Under the pieces are notes generated by a model. It saw only the letters and a program-made list of their open reading frames with translations. It had not been told where the DNA came from and ran no database searches. DNA of 48,899 nucleotides from Chiloscyllium plagiosum (taxonomy: Eukaryota): the NCBI RefSeq assembly GCF_004010195.1, contig NC_057719.1:48132228-48181126 (forward strand), in the 5' to 3' direction. Positions 11,641 to 24,070 of the stretch are shown here, one piece after another (positions within the stretch are counted from its first letter, which is position 1; every line of letters starts with the position of its first letter). The position numbers and the translations under genes are program-made.

Positions 11641-11733
11641 GCTCAAGAATGTTTGAATGGTATTCAGGCAGAAATTGCAAGAACAGAGAGCGATGACAAT
11701 GCCTTAGCTAATAGTGACATTTCAGAAGTGAAG
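11641..11733 (+). CDS. KTN1: Kinectin coding exon, AQECLNGIQAEIARTESDDNALANSDISEVK
   Basis: tttcacag| and |gtgtgt, 93 nt. Corresponds to KTN1 AQQSLELIQSKIVKAAGDTTVIENSDVSPET. Confidence 0.9.
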
Positions 11734-11915
11734 GTGTGTTTTTGTTTTGTTTTTAGAAAAAACATTGAATGACACTTGGTTAATATCCTGGATAAATGGC
11801 GTCAAAATGATCAGAGTTTTGTTTTCAAGTCAGTACTGTTGCTAAAGCTAATAACTAAATAGTGAAGTTGGCCCTACTTAAAATTTTAAAAAAATGAAAC
11901 ATTAATCTTGTGAAA

Positions 11916-13565
11916 ATGACCAATGCTGGTGATCACAGCTCGTCAGAGAGAGAGAGCAAGCTTAACATTTCAAGTCTAGATGACTCCTTAGAGCTGAAGT
12001 GTGGAGAGGCCAGTATTTTATGCTGTAGTGTGGGGATGGTGGGTGTAGGCTGCTTGTAGAGAAAAGATGTTGAAAGGTCAGATTATGTGACCAGAATGTG
12101 AGAACAGCAAAACGATAGTTGTGTCTCTTACTGGACTTGAAAGCACAGACTGTAGGATGGCTGGGGAGGGGAGAGAGGACATAAGCTGAAAGCAAGAGAA
12201 GAAATGGTTCACAATTTGAAGGCATTGAACTCAATATTAAGTCCATTGCCGAGTCTGAAGGAGAGATGTTGTTCTTCCAGTTTGTGCTGTGGTTCACTGG
12301 AGCACTGCAGCATGCTGAGGACAGACAGATGAGCATGCAAGCAGGACGCTTAAAATGACTGGCCACCGGGAAGGTCGGGGTTCCCACTCCGGTTTCTCCA
12401 ATGTAGAGTAGGCCACATTGGTTGTAGTGAATATAGTATACAAGATTGGAGGAGGTGTGGGTGATTGTTTGGATATGGTTGAGGGTGCTGTCAATTAGGT
12501 GGGTGGGAAACCACGGTCATGGAAGAAGCAAGCTATGTCAGCAGTGCTGCTTTAGAAGGTGACAGCATCCAAACAGATGAGATGGAGGCAAAGAAACTGG
12601 GAGAATGAGTTGGATTGCTTGCAGGTCATGGAGGTGTGATGTGTTTCTGCCCTTGCCCCTTTCCCAACATTTTCAACAGTGTGATTGGGTTACCCTTGTC
12701 TTCACTTTTCATCCCACCAGCTTCCACGTTCAAAGGATTTTCTGCACCTTTTCAGACAACTCTAGCAGAATGCCACCACCAAGCACCCCTTTCTCCCACT
12801 TCCCCCATCTGCATTTTGCAGGGATCATTCGCTCCAGGACACCCTAGTCTATTCCGCAACCACAAACACTACCCCCCTCTCTCTGTGGCTCCTTCCCATA
12901 TAACTACAGAAGGTGCAACACCTGCCCCTTCACCACCTCCCTGCTCATCATCCATGGACCTGAATAGTCTTTCCAGGTGAAGTAGCGTTTCACCTGTACC
13001 TCCGTCAATCTTGTGTATTCACTGCATCCAATGTGGCCTACTCTACATTTGCGGAACACCTCTCGTCTGTGTGCAAGCATGACCCCAACCTTAGTGGCTG
13101 GTCATTTTAATACAGCAACCTGCTCGCGTGCCAATGTCTGTCCTCTACATACTGCCGTGTTCCAGTGAATCACAGTGCAAACTGGTGACATTTTATACCT
13201 TCTGGACTTAATATTGAGTTCAATACCTTAAAATTGTGAACCATTTCTTCCCTTCCTTTTATCATGTCCTCTCTCCCATCCCAAATCATCCGAGTGTCTC
13301 TTTCCAAGTCTGGCAGGAGACACATCATTGCTACTTAATCTGAACTATCAACATGTTTCCTCTGCGAACACCCTTCATCTCTCTTTTTCCACCCCCCCAA
13401 AAAAAACTATAGCATAAACACTATCCTTTCCACACTTCACTTCAGCTCTGAAGAGTCATCTAGACTCTAAATGTTAGCTTGCTCTCTTCGTGAATGCTGT
13501 CTAACCTGTGATCTCCAGCATTTGTTTTCAGTACAGATTCCAGCATCTGTGGTAACTTGCTCCTG
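11916..13565. mobile_element. Penelope-like element with inverted 3' halves and a degenerate GIY-YIG endonuclease region
   Basis: The + arm encodes decayed FQVK*RFTCTSVNLVY (PLE F.C.S.N.VY motif). The minus arm at ~11916-12630 is its inverse. Exact 13-bp TSD taatcttgtgaaa at 11903-11915 and 13566-13578. Confidence 0.82.
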
Positions 13566-14019
13566 TAATCTTGTGAAAGTTTTGTTGACTACTTCTCACA
13601 TCATACCATATTTTGTCTGTCTAATTTTTGCTTTGAACAGGCATTCCACTGTTATCTTTTATGGACATTACCTGTATTTTTTGTCAGGAATTCTTTGGCC
13701 TTGATTCTACATTGACATCAGTGCTGTTTTATTCTTTGAAAGCAATCATATTCAAGTTTAATTTTACAATCATCCAATAAACCTGATGATTTAACAATCT
13801 TGTCCAGTGACCTGTGCAGAAAATGTCTTTAACAGTGAACCTGTATAAAAGTTTTGATTATTCATTTGCTATCATTGTCCTTAGTGAATTGTTATTTGGA
13901 TTTGATCTTTAGATAAGTGTAAGCAGGCATAATGGTGTTAACAATATAAGCAAGGTAAAGATGCACAGAAAATGCAATGTAAAATGTATATATTTGTGTA
14001 ATAACTTAAATGGATATTT

Positions 14020-14172
14020 AGTCAGAGATGTACAGCACGGAAACAGACCGTTCGGTCCAACCCGTCCATGCAGACCAGATATCCTAACCCAATCTAGTCC
14101 CACCTGCCAGCACCTGGCCCATATCCCTCCAAACCCTTCCCATTCATATACCCATCCAAATGCATTTTAAAC
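14020..14172 (-). mobile_element. HER1-like CR1 3' end
   Basis: Near-identical to 24661-24815 and to the reverse complement of ~34980-35136. Confidence 0.85.
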
Positions 14173-14324
14173 ATTTTCCTGGTTAACATCAAGTATTTTT
14201 GGTGAGCAGTCCTTCTGTGCATATTGTTTGGAATACGAATACTTAGAATGATGTACGACTTGAAATTTCAAGATCACATAACTAGTTCTTTTTAAGTCTT
14301 ATTTTTCTTTAGAAGAAAACATTT

Positions 14325-14700
14325 TTGACCATAAGGTGTAGGAGCAAAACTAGGCCACTGGGCCCATTAAGTCTGCTCCACCATTCAGTCACTGGCTGAT
14401 ATGTTTCTCAACCGTGTTCTCCTACCTTCTACTCGTGACTCTTGATTTCAATTCAAATCCTGAACCTATCTATCTCTGTCTTAAGTACACTCATTGATGT
14501 AACCTAAAGAGTCTTCTGTGGTAATGAGTTCCTCAAATTAATCACCCTCTGGCTGAAGTAATTTCTCCTCCTCTCAGTCCTAAAGGGTCCCCCTTCACTT
14601 TGAGCCCATCCTTTTGCCTTTGGGTCCTTGATTCTTCGACTAGTGGAAATGCCCACTCTATCCATGTCCACTCTATCCAGGCATCTCCCTATTATTCCAA
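14325..14700 (-). mobile_element. CR1 LINE 3' fragment
   Basis: Minus-strand PFRTERRRNYFSQRVINLRNSLPQK followed by a CR1-type tail. Confidence 0.8.
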
Positions 14701-15166
14701 TCTTAAAGCGATCACTAAAGTTACAAAGAGTTGCCATTTGGTTGGGAATGGTTTAACTAAATCAATGTCCATGAGGCACACAGCAAAAACATGCCTGTGT
14801 AAGCTAGCTGCTTGTCTACCACTTTTGCTGGAGATTGGTTAGATCAACTGGTTTGCTGCATAAAATCTTTGAAGAAATCTTCTGTGTGCCTTTTTATATG
14901 AACTTGAGTTTGGACAGAGAAATTGGTATGAAAATGTTTGGAATACTATTCAAAACTATTGGTGTTATGATGCAGGGTACTTGGTGATAAAAGAACACAC
15001 AACATTTCTGATTATAAGTAGCAGATATTTTAAATTTAGTGGGACATTAATAATTGCTAACCTGAAGCTTAGGTACTGGGTGTCACTCTTAGCATTTGTA
15101 TCGTGTCCATTTTACTTTGCTGGAATAAAGGTATTTTTACTCTTACAGAATGAGAATATCTTAGTT

Positions 15167-15488
15167 TTAGATTAGATTAGATTACTTAGTGTGGAAACAG
15201 GTCCTTCGGCCCAACAAGTCCACACCGACCCTCCGAAGAGCAATCCACCCAGACCCATTCCCTGACATTTCCCCCTTCACCTAACACTATGGGCAATTTA
15301 GTATGGCCAATTCACCTAACCTGCACATTTTTGGACTGTGGGAGGAAACCGGAGCACCCGGAGGAAACCCACGCAGACACTGGGAGAATGTGCAAACTCC
15401 ACACAGTCAGTCGCCTGAGATGGGAATTGAACTCAGGACTTTGGTACTGTGAGGCAGCAGTGCTAACTGCTGTGCCACCGTGCCGCCC
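15167..15488 (-). mobile_element. Full-length HE1-like V-SINE
   Basis: tRNA-like head GGGCGGCACGGTGGCACAG...GAGTTCAATTCCC, V-domain GTGTGGAGTTTGCACATTCTCCC...CCTCCGGGTGCTCCGGTTTCCTCCCACAGTCCAAA, (AATCT)n tail, and tagtt on both sides. Confidence 0.9.
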
Positions 15489-15570
15489 TAGTTAACCAGG
15501 GATGTTTGATTTGAAATTATAGCGAATTATACTTTAACTTTTCCTAATTATTACTTTTTCTGTGGAACAG

Positions 15571-15705
15571 TTAGATGTCAAGGAAACCTCTTTGGATCTT
15601 GATCAGAATATAATTCAACTTCAGCAACTACTAAAATCTCTGATTCTTCAGCTCTCAAAAGGACGGGAAAATTCTCAACATGTTACTTTACAGCTTGATC
15701 AAAAG
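15571..15705 (+). CDS. KTN1: Kinectin coding exon, LDVKETSLDLDQNIIQLQQLLKSLILQLSKGRENSQHVTLQLDQK
   Basis: aacag| and AAG|gtacaa, 135 nt. Aligns with KTN1 KETMSVSLNQTVTQLQQLLQAVNQQLTKEKE. Confidence 0.87.
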
Positions 15706-15959
15706 GTACAAAAATGAATATTAAATTCTTCCTTCAAGTGGATTTGGTCTCCGTGTCCTGACTTGATGTCTACATTTCTGTACAATTGTCACTAGATTTT
15801 TAACATTGTATGGAGGGAGGTAGGTTGTCAGTTTTACAACATGGAAAGAGGCCCTTCAGGCTTTTATGTCCACTTAGTTATCAAATACCTATCTATTTTA
15901 TTCCTGTTTTTTCCAGCACTTTCCCCAAGGCCTTGTATGTTGTGCTGTCTCAAGTGCTG

Positions 15960-17090
15960 ATTTATTTTTGGGATGTTTGAACTGGAAGACATGAGGGGAG
16001 CAAAAGAAAGAGGGTTTTCCATACTTGAGAAGAAATATTAAGATTGTGACCTTAAGATTGTCTTCCAATATTGCTTGAAAGCATTCAATATGTTTAATTT
16101 CACTGTCAGTCCATATTTTATAGTTGACTGATCAGAGTGCACAGTTTTGTGCAGAGAGACCAATAATTGCATGGAAAGGGCAACCGAATGGCATACCTAG
16201 TTTGACAGGCTGTTTCATTTGAATGTATTTGGGGCAGTCTGTAAATCAGTATGTTGAAAAACTGACCAGGGCAAAGCTATTTTAGATCCAATACTGTTCT
16301 GAAAAAGTAAATAGCTACGAAAAATGGTTCTCTAGGCAAGTGCCATTATATTTCATTGTACTAGAATGTGATGCTAGTCCAAGTCAAAGATCTTCTGCTT
16401 TAAACAAAATCAGCTTAGTAGGAATGAAGGGCCAGCTAACTAAAGTTGATGGGAATGCTCTTATCTGTCAGTGCATATTTTAATCTATGGTGCATTTTTA
16501 AAGGAAGAATTCTCGGGCATGTTTTCCTTGGACTGAAAATTTCATGGGAAAACTGTTCCATCAGTGGCTGACTAGAATAGCTGAGAATAGTTTTAAATTA
16601 TAGGAAGATACTTTTTAGGCAGCATTCTAATGACTAAAACTGGAGATTGTTGATTTCTAAAAGCTCACACAAAAGATGGCTAAGAAATTTGTGCGGGTGG
16701 TGGGTTCAGACAGTTGACAGTAAATGAGACAAGGAAGTGACAGTGATGTTAAACAAAGACTGTCTTCCCAGTAGAAGAGATGAAAACTGTACCAGAAATA
16801 GTACAGAACCAAGGACCCAGTGAGTGAGGAAATTAATTGTGTATATATAAAAAAACTATTGGAGAAAGTAATTGAACTGAAAGCCAACCATATCCCTGAA
16901 CTTGATGCCATGCTTCGAAAGATTTTGAGATGGTGACAGATAGTGGATACACTGGTTTTATCTCTAGTAATTCCCAAGATCCTAATGGTCCCTGTGGACT
17001 TGAAAGTAGCAAGTATCTTGCGGGTCAATTTATAGACCAACCTGACGTCAATGTTAGGGAAACATAAGTGGTAATGGACCACACATTGGG
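15960..17090 (+). mobile_element. Heavily decayed CR1 ORF2 fragment
   Basis: tatagaccaacctgacgtcaatgttagggaaa (~17032-17062) resembles NYRPVSLTSVVGK. Upstream P.LD...R.L motif. Confidence 0.6.
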
Positions 17091-17872
17091 ACAGATTTTG
17101 GATGTTTGTGTCAGATAGTGAATTGTGCTGGCTGAGAACTCCTGATGCTTGTGTATGCCAAATGAGAGCTCAAACACATGCATTTGCACCCGAATGTCCC
17201 AATACGTGTCAGTATGTTTTGGGAGAGGGAGAGTAGTCTCTTTAGAATTCCCAGATGATCTGCATGATACTGGATGTTTGGGAAAAAATGGACCCTCTGA
17301 GGCAGGCTCTGTGATCTCTTATCTGAAGTGCAAAAACCTTGGATATTTTGCTAATTGACCAGGAACTTGGCTCACCTATGGGATCGAGAACTTTTTTTTA
17401 AAAAAAAAGCTCAGTGGAGATAGGATTCTTTGACCTCTAATCTTGCAAGTGAATTCACTGGTAAAATTCCTCTGTTGACCAATCTTCTGTACTGGTAGAC
17501 TGTGGTCTTGTTGGCGCAAGTCTTTCAACCCTACCTCCAATTGCACCTGTCACCAAAAACTGGTCATACATGGTTTACACATGTCAAACTCTGAGCCTGG
17601 ATATGAGCAAGTCCCAATATGACAGAAGTATGCACATTCCATTTTGGGTAAACCTGTCTGGGTTTCTTTGTGACTTGATTAAAAATTTTAATTATGGTGA
17701 TGGACTTCTGCACCTCTATCCCAAAATATTGGAGATAAATGTTTTGACATTTCACCTCAATGAAGTCATGGGTTGAATTTTCTGCTCTGATGTCATGTGA
17801 AAATCCCAGATTTCTTCTCTAACTTCCATGCAGCAGGGACTGCTAAGATTGTATTTTCATTTTTTTTTTTAG

Positions 17873-17908
17873 GTGACTGGGGTGCTGAAGGAAGGAGACT
17901 CTGTTTGA
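17873..17908 (+). CDS. KTN1: Probable terminal coding exon of kinectin, VTGVLKEGDSV*
   Basis: Very strong poly-T acceptor tttttttttttag|, in frame with the previous exon, TGA at 17906-17908, followed by AT-rich UTR-like sequence. Confidence 0.75.
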   Translation: MTGVLKEGDSV

Positions 17909-18115
17909 AGATGGTGCTGTGGTTTGCACCTTGATTTGCCAAATTAAAGCCTTATTTATGTTTCTTGCCCTTCTTAATTGAGACACTGAATAGAGCTTTA
18001 CTTTTGTGTTTTTTTTAAATGTTGGATTAAACTACTGATTCAAAAATATTGTAGGCAGCTTGAGAGTTTTTAGTTTTCTAAAATGTTGTATCTAGTCTTT
18101 ACATTCCTAAATGCA

Positions 18116-18757
18116 AATAAATTCTTTACATTTTTTTGCTAAATGCCTATGTTGGCTACTGGCAAATATAATTTGGGCAAAACCAGGAGCTAAAAATAAA
18201 TCTAGCAGCAAATTTGCTTTTGGGGTTAAATTAAGATTTCAGGGTTAGCTGCTAACTTTCAGCATTACACACTCCTCATGTTGCTAACATAGAAAATCTG
18301 AAGAATGTTGTAATAGTGAACCTAAATAAAGGGATGCTTGTTTCTCAGCCAAAAGTTCAACTGCAGTGTGGTCAGATGAAATGTTAATGTAGATAGCAGT
18401 CTGCCAGTTGATTTCTATACATGTCCCTTTTATGGGGGTCAAATGCTGTTGAATAATCAGCAATAAATGGTGAATGTTCAGTTACTGCTAATTTAACAGT
18501 GCAAACTCTTTCTGTTAAGTGGGCTTATCATACAGTCGACCTGTGGTGCATTGGAGGCATTTGTGGCTGCATACCCAAGCTGCTAGTTTTTAAAAAAATG
18601 GTTTATAGATGGGAAGAAAGAAGGTTAAACAGTTCAAATTAATGCTGCTTTGATATTTTACTGTTTTCTTTAAGATAAAATTGAAATCAAGGAGCTGCCA
18701 TTTTAATAAAGTTATAAACTGTAAATAAGGCCTGTGTAAAAATGAGGGAAAAATAAA
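18116..18757 (+). terminator. Candidate polyadenylation signals in the KTN1 3' UTR
   Basis: AATAAA at 18116, 18195, 18325, 18462, 18705 and 18752. The site actually used cannot be determined from sequence. Confidence 0.45.
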
Positions 18758-18867
18758 ATCTCCTTTGCATCTTAATTTTCTATGACATGATCAGTTTGTT
18801 TTTTAGTGCAGTGAGGAACTTTATCAACTCTGGGTTTCAGCAATAGGATTGGGAAATAAATATACTG

Positions 18868-19170
18868 AGATTAGATTCCCTACAGTATGGAAACAGGCCC
18901 TTCAGCCCAACAAGTCCACACTGGCCCTCCGAAGATAAACCCACCCAGACCCATTTCTCTCTGACTAATGCATCTAACACAATGGGCAATTTAGCATGGT
19001 CAATTCACCTGACCTGCACATCTTTGGACTATGGGAGGAAACTGGAGCACCCGGAGGAAACCCACGCAGACGCTGAGAGAATGTGCAAACTCCACATCCG
19101 AGGCTGGAATTAGACCTGGGTCCCTGGCGCTGTGACACAGCAGTGCTAACCACTGAGCCACCGTGCCCCC
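18868..19170 (-). mobile_element. HE1-like V-SINE
   Basis: Same tRNA head, V-domain and tail as 15167-15488. Confidence 0.9.
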
Positions 19171-20813
19171 CTCCCCGTACTGTGATATACTATCACGGTA
19201 TCTCAACAGATGTTGCCGCTGTGGATTTCTTTGACTTGGTAGACTGGGATTTATGAGCAAAGTGTCCCAAATGTTAATCTGCACAGCAGTGAAAAGTTGG
19301 AGGAGTCTGGGGCAAGGAGGGTACATAACTGGGATACGATGCCATACAAGTGAATGAAACATTTTGCACCAGCTGCACATTTTTTGGAGTACTGCGTGAC
19401 TGAACAGTGCTTGGTATTTCAAAGCAACAATGAACGTCGTTAGTTCTGTTTTCTGATGAACTTTTTAAAATGAAAAATTGTTAATCCAGTATTGGCTTAC
19501 TGCCATTTTCCAGCTGGCTTGAATAATGAATGAGCTTTACAGTCAGTGTAAATTCAAATGCTCTCTGAATAGACTACAATTCTTTGGAAACTCTATGGTA
19601 ACATACTCATTAAATAAGAAACCCAACATGATTTAAAAAAAAACTCAGTTGGCAAAATATTGGAGACAAAATTAGAAAAATAAGTGAACTTTTTAAAAAC
19701 AAAAAGCCCTTGAAAGAAAACATTGCCATGAAATGGGCAAATACTTTTTGATCCTCAAATAGCAAAAATCTGTCTTGGAGACAAGATTCTGCTTTCCTCT
19801 GACAAATGTTTCTTGATCTGTTTTGGATCTCCTATACAGAAAGGATCCATTTGAAGGGTTTGAAATGGGCAGGTCTATCTTTGATTTTTACGAAGCTGAA
19901 TGGAATTCTCATCCTCCTTACTGTTATGGATGTTGGTCAAGTTCCATTCCATTTGCTGCTTCTGTAAATTTATGCATCTTGTGTTCCAATACTTCCCAAT
20001 ATTGAATTTATACCATGTAATTTGGTCTGTGACTGTACTCCACGAGCAAGATATCTCTGCCATTGATGCTTAGTTTGTTCCACATTCTCAGAGCAAACAA
20101 ACTTCACTTCATCTTGCTCAAGTATTGGATGTTAATAATTCGCCAAGTGTTTGAAAGTTGAACTCATGTCAATTCTCTTTTTAAACAAAATAGTTCAAGG
20201 TAACTCATTCATCTATGAAGAAATTAATGACCAGCACCTTCCATGGTCTGGGGTTGGTTGTGGGTAGTTGTGTAAATTTTGGTTCCAGAAACTCAAACAG
20301 AAGATTATTCACAAAGTTGCATTGCAGTTTTATCGAAAATAAATGGAGGGAAGCATGTTGTTCGTGTTTTAATCTATTTTAAAAATAACTTCATGATCCC
20401 ATCCTGTTATACAACTGGATCGTGAATAAATCTTTGGTTTCCATTACACCAGTATCAATGCACACTTTGCTTCATATCACATCTAATTTGGAAGTTGCCC
20501 AGTTATAGCCCATTCTAACCCAAAATTTGACATTTGAATGTGGAATGGTATTGTTATTTTGAAAAATGATGCCTATTTAAGGCATGGGAAAGTGCAGTTG
20601 AGAATAGAAATTTAAATGCATTGACTATACCCTGCATATGGAATCATAGATGGTTGTCTGTCTGAATTTGAAGTGAGATCAATGACAACAAAATCCCATG
20701 AAAAGGGAAATTATTTGCGAGAATGTGTCCACGTGAAAACATAGAAGTGGTTTAGGCAGGTAAGTGACTGAAGTATACTGCAATTTATCACGAGCCAAGA
20801 AAATTTGAAATTG

Positions 20814-22062
20814 TTGCTTTATTTAAATTCATGAGTCAATCATGATCAGGATTTATACTTGTCCCTTTTAATATCTGTACTTCAAGTTGACTTTTTTGCC
20901 CAAATATGCAATTTCAGGTTGGAATACAGTGTTTGCAAAAGGTTCACAAACGGAAAGCGGTGTCTAATTTTTATTTATTTTGGTATGCAACAGTCATTGC
21001 GTGAGTGTGAATATTGTGTACCTGAATTTACAAAGGTAATTTATCAGACGCTCTTAAAATGTCAAGATGAAGTCCTTAAAGGAATAGAAGAACTGTACTT
21101 TAGGTATGTGAAGGGAAATGGAAGCAATTAAAGTTAATTGTTGTAGGGGCTTTCAGTTATTGCTCTAAATTTGGAGTTCCTTAAAGTGGGATGTAAGTAA
21201 ATTTTTCTCTTGCGATGTTGAACACTTTCATTAGTGACGGCACACAAGAAATGCCAGAGACCGAGCCCTTCTCCATAGGGAGAGATTATTAAAAGGAGTA
21301 TTGATGACCATGAAGAGAAATTGGGGTGGTAAATGTCATTGTGTGTTGGCTGGATTGCTTTTGACCCAATGTTTGGTACATATTGGTGTTGAATCAGATG
21401 TGGAAATAAACTGCTTATTTCCCTAGCTAAATGGGTCACGAATGCATTATTCCTTGTTCTCCTTTGTGACCATCGACATGGTTTAATCTTTTTGATCTGT
21501 TCATTTGCCTTAGGCTTTTATGGTATGGAATTAAATTCTGTCTGAAAGCCACCGGGTGATTGCTTGGAATTTGTTTTTTTTATTCACAAGGGCATCGCTG
21601 ACCAGGCAGCATTTATTGCCCATCCTGAAACACCCAGAGAGCAGTTAAGAGTCAACCACTTTGCTGTGGGCCTGGAGTCACATGTACGCTAGACCAGATA
21701 TGGACATCAGTTTCTTTCCCTTTAAAGGGTTTTTCTGACTATCAACAATGGATTCATGGCCATCATTCAATTCTTAATTCCAGATATTTATTGAATTCAA
21801 ATTCCACCATCTGCCGTGGTGGGATCTGAACCTGGGTCTCTAGAATATTATCTGGGTCTCTTGGTTAACAGTCCAGCAATAATATCACTAGGCTGTCGCC
21901 TCCCTCTGGTTCTCTTAAGCCTCTTGTGAACCTTTTGCAAACACTGCATTCCAACTTGAAATTGCACATTTGGACAAAAAAGTCAACTTGAAATACAGAT
22001 ATCAAAAGGGGCACAAGTATAAATCCTGATCATGATTTGACTCATGAATTTAAATAAGGCAA
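20814..22062. repeat. ~135-bp inverted repeat (arms 20814-20949 and 21924-22062)
   Basis: The arms are reverse complements with scattered substitutions and small indels. Confidence 0.88.
21575..21904 (-). mobile_element. tRNA-derived SINE with LINE-like 3' tail
   Basis: Minus strand GGGAGGCGACAGCCTAGTGAT (A-box-like)...GGTTCAGATCCC (B-box-like)...GGATGGGCAATAAATGCTG...GAATAAAAAAA. Confidence 0.8.
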
Positions 22063-23549
22063 ATTATTATTGTCGTCGTCGTCAGACCACGAACCATGTC
22101 ATGGCCTTGTCCTTCCCCAGCTCCCAATTTGTTTAATTTCTGGGCTAACAATGTTGATATGTGTAATGGGGAAGAGGAATTAAGGTCGCAGTTGCAAATT
22201 TATTAAATGGTGGAGTAGACTCAAGGAGCAAAAAGGTATACCACTATTTATGTTCTTGTAAACTTGTATACTGTCAGCTATTAGAAATGGCTTGCAATGC
22301 TTTTGAGAGCACCGGAGGGAGTGTCAATGAAGAAAATAATTGACTTAAAGGTGAGTCACTGCTTTGAGCTTAACCTTTCAAAATGATTCTCAAATCTAAA
22401 TTCTTCTGAAGGGCCATGGATTGAGTCATGTAGAAGCTGACCTGACTCTGAGAATTACTGGGGAGACTAGGCAATACTCCTACCCTCAAAAAGGAGTTGG
22501 CTAGGTTAAATGTGCAGGGTTCAGACTTGTTCCCTTAACCCTCACCAGTGAAAATTTAGGAGACCTGGAATTGGGAGCCACCCGTCATTTTAAATGGCTC
22601 TGAAGTCCTTCTGACTGTTTAAATCTGGGTCAATGTGTTCAACGTAAGTGTAAAATTAAGTTAATTACTTTAGCCATATTTGGAAGCCTCAGAGGTAGAC
22701 AAATGCATGTTGCAATGAAAATGAAACACTTGTGGTCTTGTCAGTGTTCAACTTTCCTCAAATTTCGGGCTGTTTATCAGTGCCAGTAAGATAGACATTG
22801 GCAACAGGGGATAGAAAAACACCCATACAGGTGAATGGGAGAGGTCACAAGCTTGTTTTTTTTGTCTTGATACTCAGAAATGAAATAAAAAAAGAGGATT
22901 CCTCCAACATGTCTGTTGTGAACATGTAAAGATTGGAGCAAAATTATGTGGATAGATTACAAATAAACACTTTTACCAATGCTTGAATTCCTTTGTATGC
23001 ACAACAAAGTGTCAAAAGTATAGAGATTCACATGGAGTCTTAACATTTGAAAGTCGAAGAACTTGGCAAACTCAAGTAGTCATTTTTAGGATGGTAGCTT
23101 TTGGAGAATTTGCTTGGAAACTGATGATACTACTTCAAGTTCAATTATTTTAATTAACACCGATCAGTTTTTAATGAGGTAAAACAATTTTGTAGAATGC
23201 AATTAACCTAGGTTAATTTTTGCATAAACAGTACCAAATATATTTTCTATATATCCATGTCTGATGATCATTGTGTATTACTAACTTTTTTGTCATTCAT
23301 AACTTTAATCGCAGTAGAATAAATGGTCCAAGTGTAGGTTCAGTTAATGCTCAGCATCATGCTATGTGTAATTGCTGGAGTCAATTGTAGAAATGTAGGA
23401 ATGAAGTTAAACTTTTTACGAATATTTTTGTAAAGTTGATTGTCGTAAAGAAAATCATGCAGTACTTTTTTTTTAGCACCCTTAATTGTTCAAATGTAAT
23501 AGAGCAAATTTATCTTTTTTAGACAGACATGAGTATTCAATTCAATATC

Positions 23550-24070
23550 ATTTAGCACAGGGACAGGCCCTTTGGCCCACCAAACCAGTGCTGATTCATT
23601 ATGCTTGTGTCTTATTGCCCAAAAGAGGGTTTCTATCCCTCTGCTTGCCTCCCGTTCATGCGTTTATCAAGATATGCCTTAAATGTTGCTAACGTGCCTG
23701 CTTCCATAACCCCCACTGGCAGGTACCCACCACACTGAAAGGTTTTCCCTACACTTCTCCCCTAAACCTCACCCCTCTCAACTTGAACGTGTGCACTATG
23801 TAGATGATGTTTCCACTGTGGGGGAAAACTCATCTGTCTACCCACCCTTTCTATGCCTCTCAATTTTGTAGACTTCTATCCAGTCGCGTCCTTGGCCTCT
23901 ATCTTTCCAGTCAAAACAGTTTATTCATCCGTCCTTTCCTTGTAACTCAAACCCTCCAGTCTAGGCTACTCCTAGTAAATCTTCTCTGCGCCCTCTACAA
24001 AGCATCCACTTCCTTCTGGTAGCGTAGTGATCAGAATTGCATGCAATATTCCAAATGTGGTCTAACTAAT
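23550..24070 (-). mobile_element. CR1 LINE 3' fragment
   Basis: Similar to 5345-5850; includes gcaatattccaaatgtggtct (RPHLEYC on the minus strand). Confidence 0.75.

Noticed and set aside
15400..15488. tRNA gene-like sequence (also ~19090-19170 and ~21820-21904)
   Set aside because: These are SINE heads continuous with SINE bodies, not complete tRNA genes.
1228..17908. Calling the gene RRBP1
   Set aside because: Internal exons (LQLECEKYK.VLAET, LLTELQKKLDDS) match KTN1 much better. Only the last residues are RRBP1-like.
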